A stretch of 64,000 bases of DNA from Clostridia bacterium (GCA_017614315.1 JAGACA010000010.1:40511-104510), one strand, 5' to 3'. Counted from the first letter of the stretch, positions 45,462 through 54,841 are shown. Translations and numbers: made by a program. Notes: generated by a model from the sequence alone, not told the origin.

Positions 45462-47447
45462 TCATACAAGAATGCCCATCGCTTTGCGCAGGATGACGAG
45501 CGCGTCTGCAGCAGTGACCTCACCGTCGCCGTCCATATCGCATCTTACTATCTGCACGGGAGTAAAATCGATGATGCCCATGCTGAAACGAAGCGCAAGC
45601 AGCGCGTCGGCCGCGGAAAGCTCACCGTCGCCGTCTGCGTCACCTGAGAGGATCTCGATCTGTCCGGAATACGCAACCTCCTTGAGGAAGCCGCAGTCGG
45701 AGCCGTTTGAATAGGAATAGTCCTTTTCAAACGTCCACCTGAAGGTGTGTTCGCCGTCGGTATCGACGGTATAGCTCATAAATATCCAGTCTTCGATATT
45801 TCCGGAGATACTGTCGATCAGAGTATCGTCCACGTAGAACCTGAGCCAATCGTAGTTCGTTTCGCTCGATACCCTCCAGAGGAAAGTGAGCGTCTCGTTC
45901 GCTTTCATATTGATCGTGGTAACAACGGACGAGGAAGATGAATCGATGTGAGCATTCGACGACATCGCCACAAATTCGCCGTCGACAAAGCTGACCGTCC
46001 ACGGATAATTCTCCGCCGGGTTCGTGAACTCGAGCAATCCTCCCGCTGCGTTGAGAACTTCGTCAATACCGGGCATCGGCTTGACCTGTACGGGACAGGA
46101 CGCGCGGCCGATCTCTGTGCCGTCGACCTTAACGATGCAGACGATATTCGTCGTGCCTTCGGCTTCGCCGGTAATAATGGCTTTCTTGGAGTTGCCAAGA
46201 ACGGTAGCTACGAGGGGATCCTCGGAGAGCCACTCAAGCTCGTAATTGTTGGCGTCATCGGGAACACGCTCGAACGTGATCGTCGAGTTATACCCGACAT
46301 ATACGTCGACGACTTCATCGGTGACGGAGAAGCTCTCAAGCTGATGCTCTCCCGGATCGATGAGCGTCCACTCGCAGAGGACGTCCTGATGCCCATCGGG
46401 ATCGGCGGGGAACGCGTCGACCGGGCTCATTACGATGGGCCATGCGTCGCCGCGGGGATCGGGCTCGCCATAAGTGGCCTTCATGACCTCGATCGCTTCG
46501 CAGACGGTGGCGCCGTTCTTCATCTCGGTCCAGAAGGCTTCTTCATACATATAGTCGCCGGCGAAGGTCACGGACTGGGAATAGCCGTAAACGCAGGCTG
46601 CTCCCGCCTGAAGGAGCGCAGTGCCGGTGGTGCCCTGACCTTCGATCTTCATGCCTTCGCAGATCGCCATCCAGACCATGCAGTTTGAAAGGGGACCAGC
46701 CGCGTGATTGAGTATATACCGGCCGTCGATGCCGAAGAAGTTTCCGCCGTTATACGCCCAGCCTTTGGAATAGTCCTCGGAGGTAAGGCCGGTGTTTGTT
46801 TTGAGGTCGAGATAGGATGTGTTCTTCGACGCGATGCAGTTGCCGTGCGAATCGTAAATGACCACGGCCTTATTGGTGTAGTTTGCAGCTATCGCGGGGC
46901 CGGTCGCGGCGGAGCCGCTGAGCGTCGTCAGATTTCCGCCCAGTACATTGGCTATGGACTTAGCCTCGTCCTTATACTGATCTGTAAAGGAGCCGTCAAA
47001 ACCGTAATACGGACCGACGAGCAGAACGTCCTTTTCGGTAGAGGCATTCGTCCTTTCGGTCTCATCGAGAGACACGGGAACAGCATAGTTTTCGTAGCCT
47101 TCGCCCTTTACCCTTTCGAAATTGCGGATGCGGTAATTGTATCCGCCGAGCATGCCGTCGGTCGTGAACGTGAACTCGTTGCCCGTAACGTCGGATATGC
47201 TGCCTTCGTCGATGAGATCGAGGTTCAGCGCGGCCTTATAGACGGCGAAAGTGACTTCGGAGCGGCTCGCGCCGAGCTCCATCATCTCTGCCTCGACAGC
47301 GTCGAGGACCGTCCAAACGTCATCCCAGCGCTTCATGGCCTTTCTTTCCCTGATCTCATACGCGGCTTCCTCCGCCAAAGCGGAAGGAACGAGCGCAAGA
47401 GCAAGAAAAACCGTCAGCATAAGAGCGATAAGTTTTCTGATTTTCAT
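45462..47447 (-). CDS. secreted dockerin-containing clan-CD-like putative cysteine peptidase (paralogue A)
   Basis: Same architecture as paralogue B. Signal peptide MKIRKLIALMLTVFLALALVPSALA, AVVIYDSHG and VWMAICEG, Big_2-like (LEWLSEDPLVATV...GEAEGTTNIVCIV), beta-sandwich (TFLWRVSSE...FRWTFEKD), and dockerin repeats (GDADGDGELSAADALLALR / CDMDGDGEVTAADALVILR). Confidence 0.7.
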   Translation of the reverse strand: MKIRKLIALMLTVFLALALVPSALAEEAAYEIRERKAMKRWDDVWTVLDAVEAEMMELGASRSEVTFAVYKAALNLDLIDEGSISDVTGNEFTFTTDGMLGGYNYRIRNFERVKGEGYENYAVPVSLDETERTNASTEKDVLLVGPYYGFDGSFTDQYKDEAKSIANVLGGNLTTLSGSAATGPAIAANYTNKAVVIYDSHGNCIASKNTSYLDLKTNTGLTSEDYSKGWAYNGGNFFGIDGRYILNHAAGPLSNCMVWMAICEGMKIEGQGTTGTALLQAGAACVYGYSQSVTFAGDYMYEEAFWTEMKNGATVCEAIEVMKATYGEPDPRGDAWPIVMSPVDAFPADPDGHQDVLCEWTLIDPGEHQLESFSVTDEVVDVYVGYNSTITFERVPDDANNYELEWLSEDPLVATVLGNSKKAIITGEAEGTTNIVCIVKVDGTEIGRASCPVQVKPMPGIDEVLNAAGGLLEFTNPAENYPWTVSFVDGEFVAMSSNAHIDSSSSSVVTTINMKANETLTFLWRVSSETNYDWLRFYVDDTLIDSISGNIEDWIFMSYTVDTDGEHTFRWTFEKDYSYSNGSDCGFLKEVAYSGQIEILSGDADGDGELSAADALLALRFSMGIIDFTPVQIVRCDMDGDGEVTAADALVILRKAMGILV

Positions 47448-47492
47448 ACTGCCCTCCTTGAAAACTATTTATACTCTAACTTTATTATTTTA

Positions 47493-47783
47493 TCATATAT
47501 TCCGCCTTTTGTCATCGAGTCCGGAAATATTCTTTCTCTTTTTTTTGCGGTCCGGGTTCACCCAGAGACATACTATCGTCACTATGGACGAGACAAGCGA
47601 AAGCACCGCCAAAATAAGGCAAACGAATTTCGAAAGATCGCTCGTCATGAATTCCATGGCGTCGTTGAACCTGTCGATCATAAAGAATGAGATCACCATT
47701 ATCGAAAGGAGCACGGTCAGGTGTGCGAGCACGACGCGGAAGACCCTTCTTTTGTTTTTGAAATCGAACATCCTGTTTTTCAT
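47493..47783 (-). CDS. small 2-TM membrane protein with basic C-terminus
   Basis: 96 aa with two hydrophobic helices. The ATG overlaps the upstream stop codon by 4 nt. Confidence 0.5.
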   Translation of the reverse strand: MKNRMFDFKNKRRVFRVVLAHLTVLLSIMVISFFMIDRFNDAMEFMTSDLSKFVCLILAVLSLVSSIVTIVCLWVNPDRKKKRKNISGLDDKRRNI

Positions 47784-48814
47784 TGATTACTCCAATCTAT
47801 CGGTTCGGCAATATAAATGATGTCACAGTCGTCTCTGCCTCCTCCGCCGTACGGAAGTTTGGAGATGATCCTGTCGTTATAGATCATAAGGGAAGTCGAG
47901 CCGCCGTCGAGATTGTACGCTTCGACGCATCCGAGCTCGTACATCAAAAGCGAAAGATCTTCCATTTCGAGTCCCATGGAGTATCCTTCCTGCCTGCCGT
48001 CGACTACGACAAGGCAGTAATGCCCGGGCTCGTAGTAGCCTATGGCACATCGGGGATTGCGCTCTGCGACGGTCGTATTGAACTCGGTCATCGGCTCGCC
48101 GTCCTGAAGGAGTCTCGGGCCGAAGCTCCACGCCTGATATGGATCGCCGTCCATTATGACGTCGAGGTTGATCTGACCCTTCAGATACGTTTTCATCGTA
48201 CCGTCGCGGTAAAGAACGCAGATATCCTGAGCAGAATGGAGCTTATTGCGGTAAAGGACGCCGTTTCTTATGACTATGCCGCGGCTGCGATGGACGAAAT
48301 AGTCGCCGGACGTCGCAACGATCGCGCCGTTCCTCTTCGCAAGGTCGAGCGCGCGCATCCCGGAATCGGCATTCGGGAAATCGCAGCGAAGGCTCGAGAT
48401 GTCCCTGATATAGATATCCGCGACGAAATAATGAACCGGCTTGTTTTTAACGACGACACTGTGCTCGGTGATCTCTACGCAGACATTTTGGCTCCTGTAT
48501 GTGCTGCCCTCCCATTTAGGATCGCCGTCGGTGAACTTATCGGCGAATCTGCCGCCTAACAGCCCCCATGGCTCCGGAGTTTCGGTAACGTCCGGAGTGG
48601 GCGCGGGAGTCACATCCGGCGGGAGCGGAGTATCCGTCGGGGCGGGAGTTTGCGTGACGGGGTATTCGGTGACGTCCGGTATCGGCGAGTTGATAACGAC
48701 CGGGTCAAAATGCTGCGGACGTGCATGATGGAACCACGCAAACAGGAGAAGCGCGCCGCCGAGCAGAACGATATCGAAGAAAACGACCAGTATGATCTTA
48801 AGCGTGTTTTTCAT
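47780..48814 (-). CDS. phosphodiester glycosidase family protein (NAGPA/DUF2233-like), membrane-anchored
   Basis: N-terminal TM helix, Pro/Thr linker, then ATSGDYF...NPRCAIGYYEPGHYCLVVVDGRQ...AYNLDGGSTS, typical of PF09992-type domains. Confidence 0.7.
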   Translation of the reverse strand: MKNTLKIILVVFFDIVLLGGALLLFAWFHHARPQHFDPVVINSPIPDVTEYPVTQTPAPTDTPLPPDVTPAPTPDVTETPEPWGLLGGRFADKFTDGDPKWEGSTYRSQNVCVEITEHSVVVKNKPVHYFVADIYIRDISSLRCDFPNADSGMRALDLAKRNGAIVATSGDYFVHRSRGIVIRNGVLYRNKLHSAQDICVLYRDGTMKTYLKGQINLDVIMDGDPYQAWSFGPRLLQDGEPMTEFNTTVAERNPRCAIGYYEPGHYCLVVVDGRQEGYSMGLEMEDLSLLMYELGCVEAYNLDGGSTSLMIYNDRIISKLPYGGGGRDDCDIIYIAEPIDWSNQ

Positions 48815-49851
48815 GCTTTTTTATTCCTGAATACAAATTTTCTCTGAAGGAAGAAGCTCATCGGATAGATGATGATCTGCGCCATGATCTGCGCAAGCCA
48901 AAGAGGTATCCCCGCACGCGTCATAAGATCCAGCAGCAGATAGTTAAGAGCAAGGAGCACAGCGACCGTTATTACGTAGAGAATGAAGCTGAGCTTATTG
49001 CCGCTTTGAAAGACCACGCGCCTGTTAAGGAAATAATTGACCGTGGAGCTTACGATTCTTGCAATGACGACAGCGGGAAGCTTGGGGTCGAGATCGGGGA
49101 TAAGGAACATCTCCCCCGTTCTTTCGACATGGTGTTTGAACAGGGCGTGCAGGCCGAGAAGGAGCGTGTAGTCAACAACCCAGCTGATTATCCCCGAACC
49201 GACGAACGAAAAAACGGTTTTGTAGACGCGCCATGCGTCGGAGAACGTCGTCCTGTGCGGATCGGCTCTGTCGAATCTCACTTCGTATAAGCCGACCTCG
49301 ATTACCGGAGCGTGTATCTTTGTCATATGAAGGAGCTGGTTAAGGAGGTATTCCTTCCCTTTTCCGCCTATGCCGAGCATGACGTCGATCCTTCCGACCG
49401 AAAAAGCGCGCAGTCCCGTATGGATATCATGTACACGTACGCCCGTGGATACCGCGAAGACCGTGCGTGTGAGACCTTCGCCGAACCTTTTGAGCGGCGG
49501 CACGTCTGTGGTCCTTACGCCGCCTATCACGAGCGCGTCCCTGTTCTCGCTCCATTTTCCCGAAACGAGTTTTACGTCCCGGGCAGAATAGCGGCCGTCG
49601 GCTTCGATGATAACGATCCCCTCGTCGGCGCCGTACAAGCCCCGATCCTTAATATATCCGAAAGCGCGCTTCAGCGCCGTACCGACACCTGCGTTATCCG
49701 GATCGGCGAGCACGATGGCTCTTTCGTCGGATATAGGCGTCATGCTGCCGTCCGAAACGACGATAACGGAAAAGCCTTCAAGAGCAAGGAGCTCCGATAC
49801 GGTTTTATTCAGTTTATCGTCCGCACCGTGCGCGTGGATGACCGCGATCAT
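48811..49851 (-). CDS. glycosyltransferase-like domain fused to GtrA-family membrane domain
   Basis: The C-terminal 4-TM GtrA pattern (FVGSGIISWVVDY...RIVSSTVNYFLNRRVVF) is clear. The N-terminal roughly 190 aa look GT2/nucleotide-sugar-fold-like but weakly so. Confidence 0.65.
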   Translation of the reverse strand: MIAVIHAHGADDKLNKTVSELLALEGFSVIVVSDGSMTPISDERAIVLADPDNAGVGTALKRAFGYIKDRGLYGADEGIVIIEADGRYSARDVKLVSGKWSENRDALVIGGVRTTDVPPLKRFGEGLTRTVFAVSTGVRVHDIHTGLRAFSVGRIDVMLGIGGKGKEYLLNQLLHMTKIHAPVIEVGLYEVRFDRADPHRTTFSDAWRVYKTVFSFVGSGIISWVVDYTLLLGLHALFKHHVERTGEMFLIPDLDPKLPAVVIARIVSSTVNYFLNRRVVFQSGNKLSFILYVITVAVLLALNYLLLDLMTRAGIPLWLAQIMAQIIIYPMSFFLQRKFVFRNKKA

Positions 49852-49877
49852 GTGACTGCCGTTTCCTCTGTTGATAA

Positions 49878-49919
49878 CGGGAGCGGCACATGCGCAAAGT
49901 GGCAGTAAGACCGCTCCCG
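49878..49919 (-). terminator. hairpin downstream of pnp (weak terminator candidate)
   Basis: CGGGAGCGG-24 nt-CCGCTCCCG with a poor U-tract. Confidence 0.3.
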
Positions 49920-49941
49920 AAGGGATCAGATTATGCTATGT

Positions 49942-52032
49942 TCAATTCTCGCCGGGTATGAGGCCCTTCCTGGTAAGATCGATCTTGCCGTCGGGCTGGA
50001 TGGCGATAACGCGAACGAGTATCTCGTCGCCGAGCTTGACAACGTCTTCGACCTTCTCGACGCGATGGTTCGCAAGCTTGGAGATATGGACAAGGCCCTT
50101 CTTGCCGGGCTTGAGCTCGACCTGCGCGCCGATGGGCAGTATGTTGACGACCTTGCCGAGGATCACGTCGCCTACCTCTATATCCTTGACGATGGCGTCG
50201 ATTATGCGCTTAGCCTCCTGAGCGGCTTCGGCGTCGGTGGACGCGATGAACACACGGCCGTCGTCCTCGATGTCGATCTTGACGCCGGTCTTGGCGATGA
50301 TGCCGTTGATGGTCTTGCCGCCGGAGCCGATGACCTCGCGGATCTTATCGGGATTGATGGTGAAGCGCAGTATGCGGGGAGCATACTCGGAAAGCTCCGC
50401 CCTCGGCTCGGAAATGGTCTCGAGCATCTTGCCGAGAATGAACAGCCTGCCCTGACGAGCCTGTTCGAGAGCCCTCGTGAGGATCTCCTCGTTGATGCCC
50501 TTGATCTTGATATCCATCTGGATCGCGGTGATGCCGTCCTTGGTGCCGGCGACCTTAAAGTCCATATCGCCCATGAAGTCCTCAAGACCCTGGATGTCGG
50601 TGAGGATGGCGATGTTTCCGGTGGAATCGTCCTTTATAAGACCCATTGCGACGCCGGCTACGGGCTTCTTGATGGGAACGCCCGCGTCCATAAGGCTCAT
50701 GGTGCTGGCGCAGATGGAGGCCTGGGACGTGGAGCCGTTGGAGGACACGACCTCGGAAACGAGGCGGATCGCATAGGGGAACTCGTCCTCAGAGGGGATC
50801 ATCGGGAGGAGCGCCCTTTCGGCGAGCGCGCCGTGGCCGATCTCACGCCTGCCCGGAGAACCGAGGCGTTTTACCTCGCCCACGCTGTAGGGAGGCATGT
50901 TGTAGTGATGGATATAGCGTTTGAAGTCCTCTTCGCCGATGCCGTCGAGCGTCTGACCGTCGCCGAGAGTGCCGAGGGTGGTCATGGTCATGACCTGGGT
51001 CTGACCCCTGGTGAATACGGCGGAACCGTGGGTGCGCGGCAGGATGCCGACCTCACACCAGATGGGACGGACCTCCGTCATCTGACGGCCGTCGGGACGG
51101 ATGCCCTTGTTGATGATCTTATCGCGAAGGATCTCCTTCATGAGGTTATAAAGGATCGCGTCGATGTCGGCGGCAGAATCGGGATACTCCTCCGCGAAAT
51201 GCTCCTTGACGTCGGCGGTGACATCCGCAGTGCGCGCTTCGCGCTCCTTGCGGTCGAAGGTGTCGAGCTGCCATACGACCTTCTCGCGGGCGTATGCGAC
51301 GACCTTTTCTTTAAGCTCCTCGTCGGGAACATGGATATCGGGAACGATCTTTTCCTTGCCGACCTCGGCCTGGATGCCGTCGATGAAGGCGACGATGTCC
51401 TTGATATAGGTGTGGGCGAGGAGTATCGCGTCGAGCATCTCCTTCTCGGTGACCTCGTTCGCGCCGGCCTCGACCATCATGACCGCGTCGCGGGTGCCGG
51501 CGACGGTAAGAGCTAGACGGCTCTTCTCACGCTGCTCGGCGTTGGGGTTGATTATGTATTCGCCGTCGACAAAGCCCACGGACACCGCGCCGACAGGCCC
51601 CATGAAGGGGGCTTCGGAGATGGATAGGGCGATGGACGAACCGATCATCGCGAGGACCTCTGGCTGGACGTCCTTTTCAACGGACATGCAGGTAGCTACG
51701 ACCTGGACGTCGTTATAGAATCCCTTCGGGAAGAGCGGACGCAGCGGGCGGTCGATAAGACGGCTCGTGAGAACAGCTTTCTCGGAAGGACGGCCTTCAC
51801 GCTTGATGAAACCGCCGGGGATCTTGCCGGCAGCGTACATCTTCTCCTCGTAATCGCAGCTGAGGGGAAGGAAGTCTGCGCCTTCTCTCGGCGCCTTTGC
51901 GACTGTGGCACAGACGAGAAGCGCCGTGCCGCCGCAGGAGATCATTACGGAACCGCCCGCCTGCTCGGCATATTTGCCGGTGACGACGGACAGCCTGCGT
52001 CCCGCAAGCTCCATTTCGAACGTTTTTTGCAT
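49942..52032 (-). CDS. pnp: polyribonucleotide nucleotidyltransferase (PNPase)
   Basis: Two RNase PH domains plus KH (IGSGGKTI) and S1 ([20 protein letters not shown]) domains, 696 aa. Confidence 0.95.
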   Translation of the reverse strand: MQKTFEMELAGRRLSVVTGKYAEQAGGSVMISCGGTALLVCATVAKAPREGADFLPLSCDYEEKMYAAGKIPGGFIKREGRPSEKAVLTSRLIDRPLRPLFPKGFYNDVQVVATCMSVEKDVQPEVLAMIGSSIALSISEAPFMGPVGAVSVGFVDGEYIINPNAEQREKSRLALTVAGTRDAVMMVEAGANEVTEKEMLDAILLAHTYIKDIVAFIDGIQAEVGKEKIVPDIHVPDEELKEKVVAYAREKVVWQLDTFDRKEREARTADVTADVKEHFAEEYPDSAADIDAILYNLMKEILRDKIINKGIRPDGRQMTEVRPIWCEVGILPRTHGSAVFTRGQTQVMTMTTLGTLGDGQTLDGIGEEDFKRYIHHYNMPPYSVGEVKRLGSPGRREIGHGALAERALLPMIPSEDEFPYAIRLVSEVVSSNGSTSQASICASTMSLMDAGVPIKKPVAGVAMGLIKDDSTGNIAILTDIQGLEDFMGDMDFKVAGTKDGITAIQMDIKIKGINEEILTRALEQARQGRLFILGKMLETISEPRAELSEYAPRILRFTINPDKIREVIGSGGKTINGIIAKTGVKIDIEDDGRVFIASTDAEAAQEAKRIIDAIVKDIEVGDVILGKVVNILPIGAQVELKPGKKGLVHISKLANHRVEKVEDVVKLGDEILVRVIAIQPDGKIDLTRKGLIPGEN

Positions 52033-52103
52033 TTTCCTAATGCTCCTTTTTTATATCATTTTAGTTAATACACATTATCGGGCGGAGTATTTTCGAGGAC
52101 CTT

Positions 52104-52140
52104 TTCAAAAGAAAGTGGGTACTCCCGCCCACTTTCTTCT
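52104..52140 (-). terminator. rpsO terminator / pnp leader hairpin
   Basis: AGAAAGTGGG-8 nt-CCCACTTTCT. The reverse strand is followed by TTTTG. Confidence 0.6.
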
Positions 52141-52152
52141 GATAAAACGATT

Positions 52153-52416
52153 TTACTTTCTGATGTTAAGAGCAGCGATGATCGCCCTGTAGCGCTCGAT
52201 ATCCGTGGACTTCAGATAGTTGAGAAGTCCGCGCCTTTTACCGACCATCTTTAAAAGACCGCGGCGGGAATGATTGTCATTCTTGTGCTCCTGAAGATGC
52301 TCGGTGAGGTGGTTGATGCGCTCGGTAAGAAGAGCTATCTGTACCTCGGGAGAGCCGGTATCACCCTCGTGCAGAGCATGAGAAGTGATTATCTCGTTTT
52401 TACGTTCCTTATCCAT
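52153..52416 (-). CDS. rpsO: 30S ribosomal protein S15
   Basis: [45 protein letters not shown]. 87 aa from the ATG at 52416. Confidence 0.93.
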   Translation of the reverse strand: MDKERKNEIITSHALHEGDTGSPEVQIALLTERINHLTEHLQEHKNDNHSRRGLLKMVGKRRGLLNYLKSTDIERYRAIIAALNIRK

Positions 52417-52521
52417 TTTTTCCTCCAATTAGATCAAATATCCCTGCAAGCTGCGTAGGACGCCGGAGTTATCGCCGAACGAAGCGGGCAGATCGCTTTC
52501 GTTTAAGCACAAAAGCATGTT

Positions 52522-52551
52522 ATTATAACATAACACGCTTTCGGTTGTAAA
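52522..52551 (-). promoter_or_regulatory. sigma-A-like promoter for rpsO
   Basis: Reverse strand reads TTTACA-18 nt-(TGt)TATAAT, giving a leader of about 100 nt that contains an imperfect hairpin (AACGAAAGCG...CGCTTCGTT). Confidence 0.45.
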
Positions 52552-52559
52552 TAGTTTTT

Positions 52560-53864
52560 TCAAATATTTTCGGTATATTTTGAGTCTGCAGCAAGTTTTT
52601 CGGCAAGAGCCGCGTCACGGGCTATCTGCGCCTTGAGCTCGGATACTGAATCGAATCTTATCATGGGTCTCAGCTTCTTCAAAAAGCGCAGTACGAGCCT
52701 TTTGCCGTAGCAGTTTCCGTCGAACCCCATGATATGCGTTTCGACCGTAAGCTTCTCGGCGCCGAACGTGGGATTACGTCCTATGCTCGTCACAGCGGGA
52801 TACGCTCTGTCCTCCAAGCAGGCAATCGTCGCGTAAACGCCCTCCGATGGAAGCTGCCTGCGGTCGTAGCCCGTAAGGTTCGCGGTCGGAAAGCCGAGCT
52901 TCCTGCCGACGTGCCTCTCCTCCTCTACCTTGCCTTCGAGCTTCATGCCCTTTAGCTGATGGGCTTCGTCGCCGAGCCATATCGTGATCGTTAGCTTGCC
53001 GTCGATATTTTCCCCGAAGCCGAGGAACTCGCCGTCGAGGTATATCCTGTGCGGGCAGTCGGCGATACTTCGGCCGACGCTTATCCCCGCGCCGTGTATG
53101 AGAAGGTTTTTGTTCTTTTCGGAGAGCCCTTCGAGCCTGAGCTCGGGGATATGCTCGGTCGCCCTGTCCATGGGGATGACAGCTTCTTCGATCCTTCCGG
53201 CTCCAAAAAGCTCCGCTATTTCGGCTATCGAGTACGCGTCCTCGAGCCTGAACGCGCCGGAGCGCGTTCTTAAAAGAAAGCCCATATACGCGGGACAGCC
53301 GCAGGCGTCGCCAATGTCCTTGCAGAGCGTTCTTATATAAGTCCCCTTCGAGCAAACGATCCTTATGAGGAAACTGTTCTCGCCCGTCTGCCTCATAAGC
53401 TCGAGCTCATAGACCGTGATCCTGCGTTTTTTGATCTCGGGAGTCTCGGTCACTCTGCCCTTTCGCGCGAGCTTATAGAGCTTTTCGCCGTTTACGTTCA
53501 GCGCGGAATAGACCGGCGGCGTCTGCTCGACCTCGCCGATGAAAGCGGGAAGCGCGGCTTTGAGCGCCGCCTCGCCGATCTTTATGTCGGAAACAGATGT
53601 GACCTCGCCCGTTGCATCTTCCGTATCGGTGGCTTTGCCGAAAACTATTTCGGCTATGTATTCCTTCTGCTTGTCGACCAAAAAATCAAAAAGGCGGGTC
53701 GCGCGCCCGACAAGTATCGGGAGCACTCCTGCCGCTGCAGGATCGAGCGTGCCCGTATGCCCGACACGCTTCTCATTCAAAACCCGTCTTATATCGGTCA
53801 CCGCGTCGGATGAGCTCATCCCCGGCGGTTTCAGAACACAAATAACGCCCTCTGTGCCGATCAT
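52560..53864 (-). CDS. truB: tRNA pseudouridine(55) synthase TruB fused to a riboflavin kinase domain
   Basis: N-terminal KPPGMSSSDAV...GHTGTLDPAAAGVLPILVG (TruB catalytic Asp). C-terminal roughly 125 aa G(K)VEEERHVGRKLGFPTANL...EGVYA...SIGRNPTF...ETHIMGFDGNCYGKRL...FLKKLRPMIRFDS (RibF kinase half). Start set at the ATG at 53864, overlapping the nrnA stop codon (ATGA). Confidence 0.85.
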   Translation of the reverse strand: MIGTEGVICVLKPPGMSSSDAVTDIRRVLNEKRVGHTGTLDPAAAGVLPILVGRATRLFDFLVDKQKEYIAEIVFGKATDTEDATGEVTSVSDIKIGEAALKAALPAFIGEVEQTPPVYSALNVNGEKLYKLARKGRVTETPEIKKRRITVYELELMRQTGENSFLIRIVCSKGTYIRTLCKDIGDACGCPAYMGFLLRTRSGAFRLEDAYSIAEIAELFGAGRIEEAVIPMDRATEHIPELRLEGLSEKNKNLLIHGAGISVGRSIADCPHRIYLDGEFLGFGENIDGKLTITIWLGDEAHQLKGMKLEGKVEEERHVGRKLGFPTANLTGYDRRQLPSEGVYATIACLEDRAYPAVTSIGRNPTFGAEKLTVETHIMGFDGNCYGKRLVLRFLKKLRPMIRFDSVSELKAQIARDAALAEKLAADSKYTENI

Positions 53865-54841
53865 TCCGAAAGCTCTTCCTCTATGTCGTGAAGTACGTTC
53901 GCGATCGTCGTGGAAAGCGGATCGCGCGATGTATATCCTGCCGCGGCGGGGTGTCCTCCTCCGCCGTATCTGTTGGCGATCTTGGCGACGTCCGCACACT
54001 CCTTGGAGCGCAGACTGACCTTATAAGTGCCGTCCCTGCCCTCCCTTATGAATACGGCGACGCGCACGCAGTCGACGTCGCGTACCTTGTCGACGACGCC
54101 CTCGCAGTCCTCGTTCGTCGCGCCGAACCTGTCCATCTCGGCGACGGAAAGCGTTGCGATGCCGATCTTTCCGTCAAGCTCGAGCTTCATGTTCGACAGT
54201 ACGAAGCCCTGGAGCCGCGTTTTGGAATAGGGGACCGTCCTGTATATATACCTATTGATCTCGGTGATGTTAAGGCCGTTCTCGTACATATCCGCGACCA
54301 TCCTTATGCATTTCGGCGTGGTGTTGGAGTACGTGAGATTGCCGGTATCGGTAACGATGCCGGTATAAAGGCAGACGGCGATGTCCTTCGTGATCGGCTT
54401 GTCCATGAGCTTATACAGATCGTAGATGATCTCGCAAGCTGCGGAGGCGTCCGGAACGACAAGGTTGACGTCCGCATAACCGCGGTTAGTGAAATGATGA
54501 TCGATGAGCATCGTCGTCTTCGCCGCGCGGAAAAGACGCTCCGCCTTCTTGAACCTCTGAGCGTCGGCGCAGTCGCAGGTGATGACGCAGTCGTAGCCCG
54601 CAGCATCGGCGGGAAGCACGACCTTGTCGGAGCACGGAAGGAACCTGTATATCTGCGGAACGGGTTCCTCGCAGACGACCTCCGCCTTTTTGCCCATGCC
54701 CGTAAGGAGCAGGTACATGGCAAGAGCCGACCCGAGCGTGTCGCCGTCGGGCGAGACATGTGATATGAGAGTGAAGGCGTCGAAGCTTTCGATGCCTTCT
54801 ATGATCGCTTTCATTGAAGCGGCATCACTCATTATCGTCAT
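53861..54841 (-). CDS. nrnA: DHH/DHHA1 phosphoesterase (NrnA-type oligoribonuclease / pAp phosphatase)
   Basis: DHH motifs (SHVSPDGDTLGS, DCAD, IDHH) and DHHA1 GGGGHPAAAG. Confidence 0.85.
   Translation of the reverse strand: MTIMSDAASMKAIIEGIESFDAFTLISHVSPDGDTLGSALAMYLLLTGMGKKAEVVCEEPVPQIYRFLPCSDKVVLPADAAGYDCVITCDCADAQRFKKAERLFRAAKTTMLIDHHFTNRGYADVNLVVPDASAACEIIYDLYKLMDKPITKDIAVCLYTGIVTDTGNLTYSNTTPKCIRMVADMYENGLNITEINRYIYRTVPYSKTRLQGFVLSNMKLELDGKIGIATLSVAEMDRFGATNEDCEGVVDKVRDVDCVRVAVFIREGRDGTYKVSLRSKECADVAKIANRYGGGGHPAAAGYTSRDPLSTTIANVLHDIEEELSE

Noticed and set aside
43378-47447. The two dockerin genes as a recent segmental duplication or mobile cassette
   Set aside because: The nucleotide sequences are clearly diverged (protein identity only around half by eye). 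There are no flanking inverted or direct repeats and no transposase, so this is an old tandem paralogy rather than a mobile element.
45948-47690. Plus-strand ORFs (246 aa and 328 aa) opposite dockerin paralogue A
   Set aside because: They are antisense shadows. The minus-strand reading frame yields a signal peptide, conserved domains and dockerin repeats shared with paralogue B, and the plus-strand frames do not.
49933-51516. 527-aa plus-strand ORF antisense to pnp. Similar cases are 56316-57362 opposite infB, 53888-54763 opposite nrnA, 30381-31517 opposite rnfC, 16869-17600 opposite recG and 41273-42019 opposite the methyltransferase.
   Set aside because: All lie opposite strongly conserved genes and have D/G/A/R/L-rich, motif-free translations with no RBS. 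I treat them as antisense artefacts.
53865-53999. 45-codon N-terminal extension of the truB ORF in the track (MCGRRQDRQQIRRRR...). Analogous extensions are infB 57801-57860, pepT 63151-63219 and the dockerin B gene 45343-45393.
   Set aside because: The extensions overlap the upstream gene or a terminator hairpin, are Arg-rich, and lack an RBS. Internal starts with good RBS and spacing reproduce canonical N-termini.
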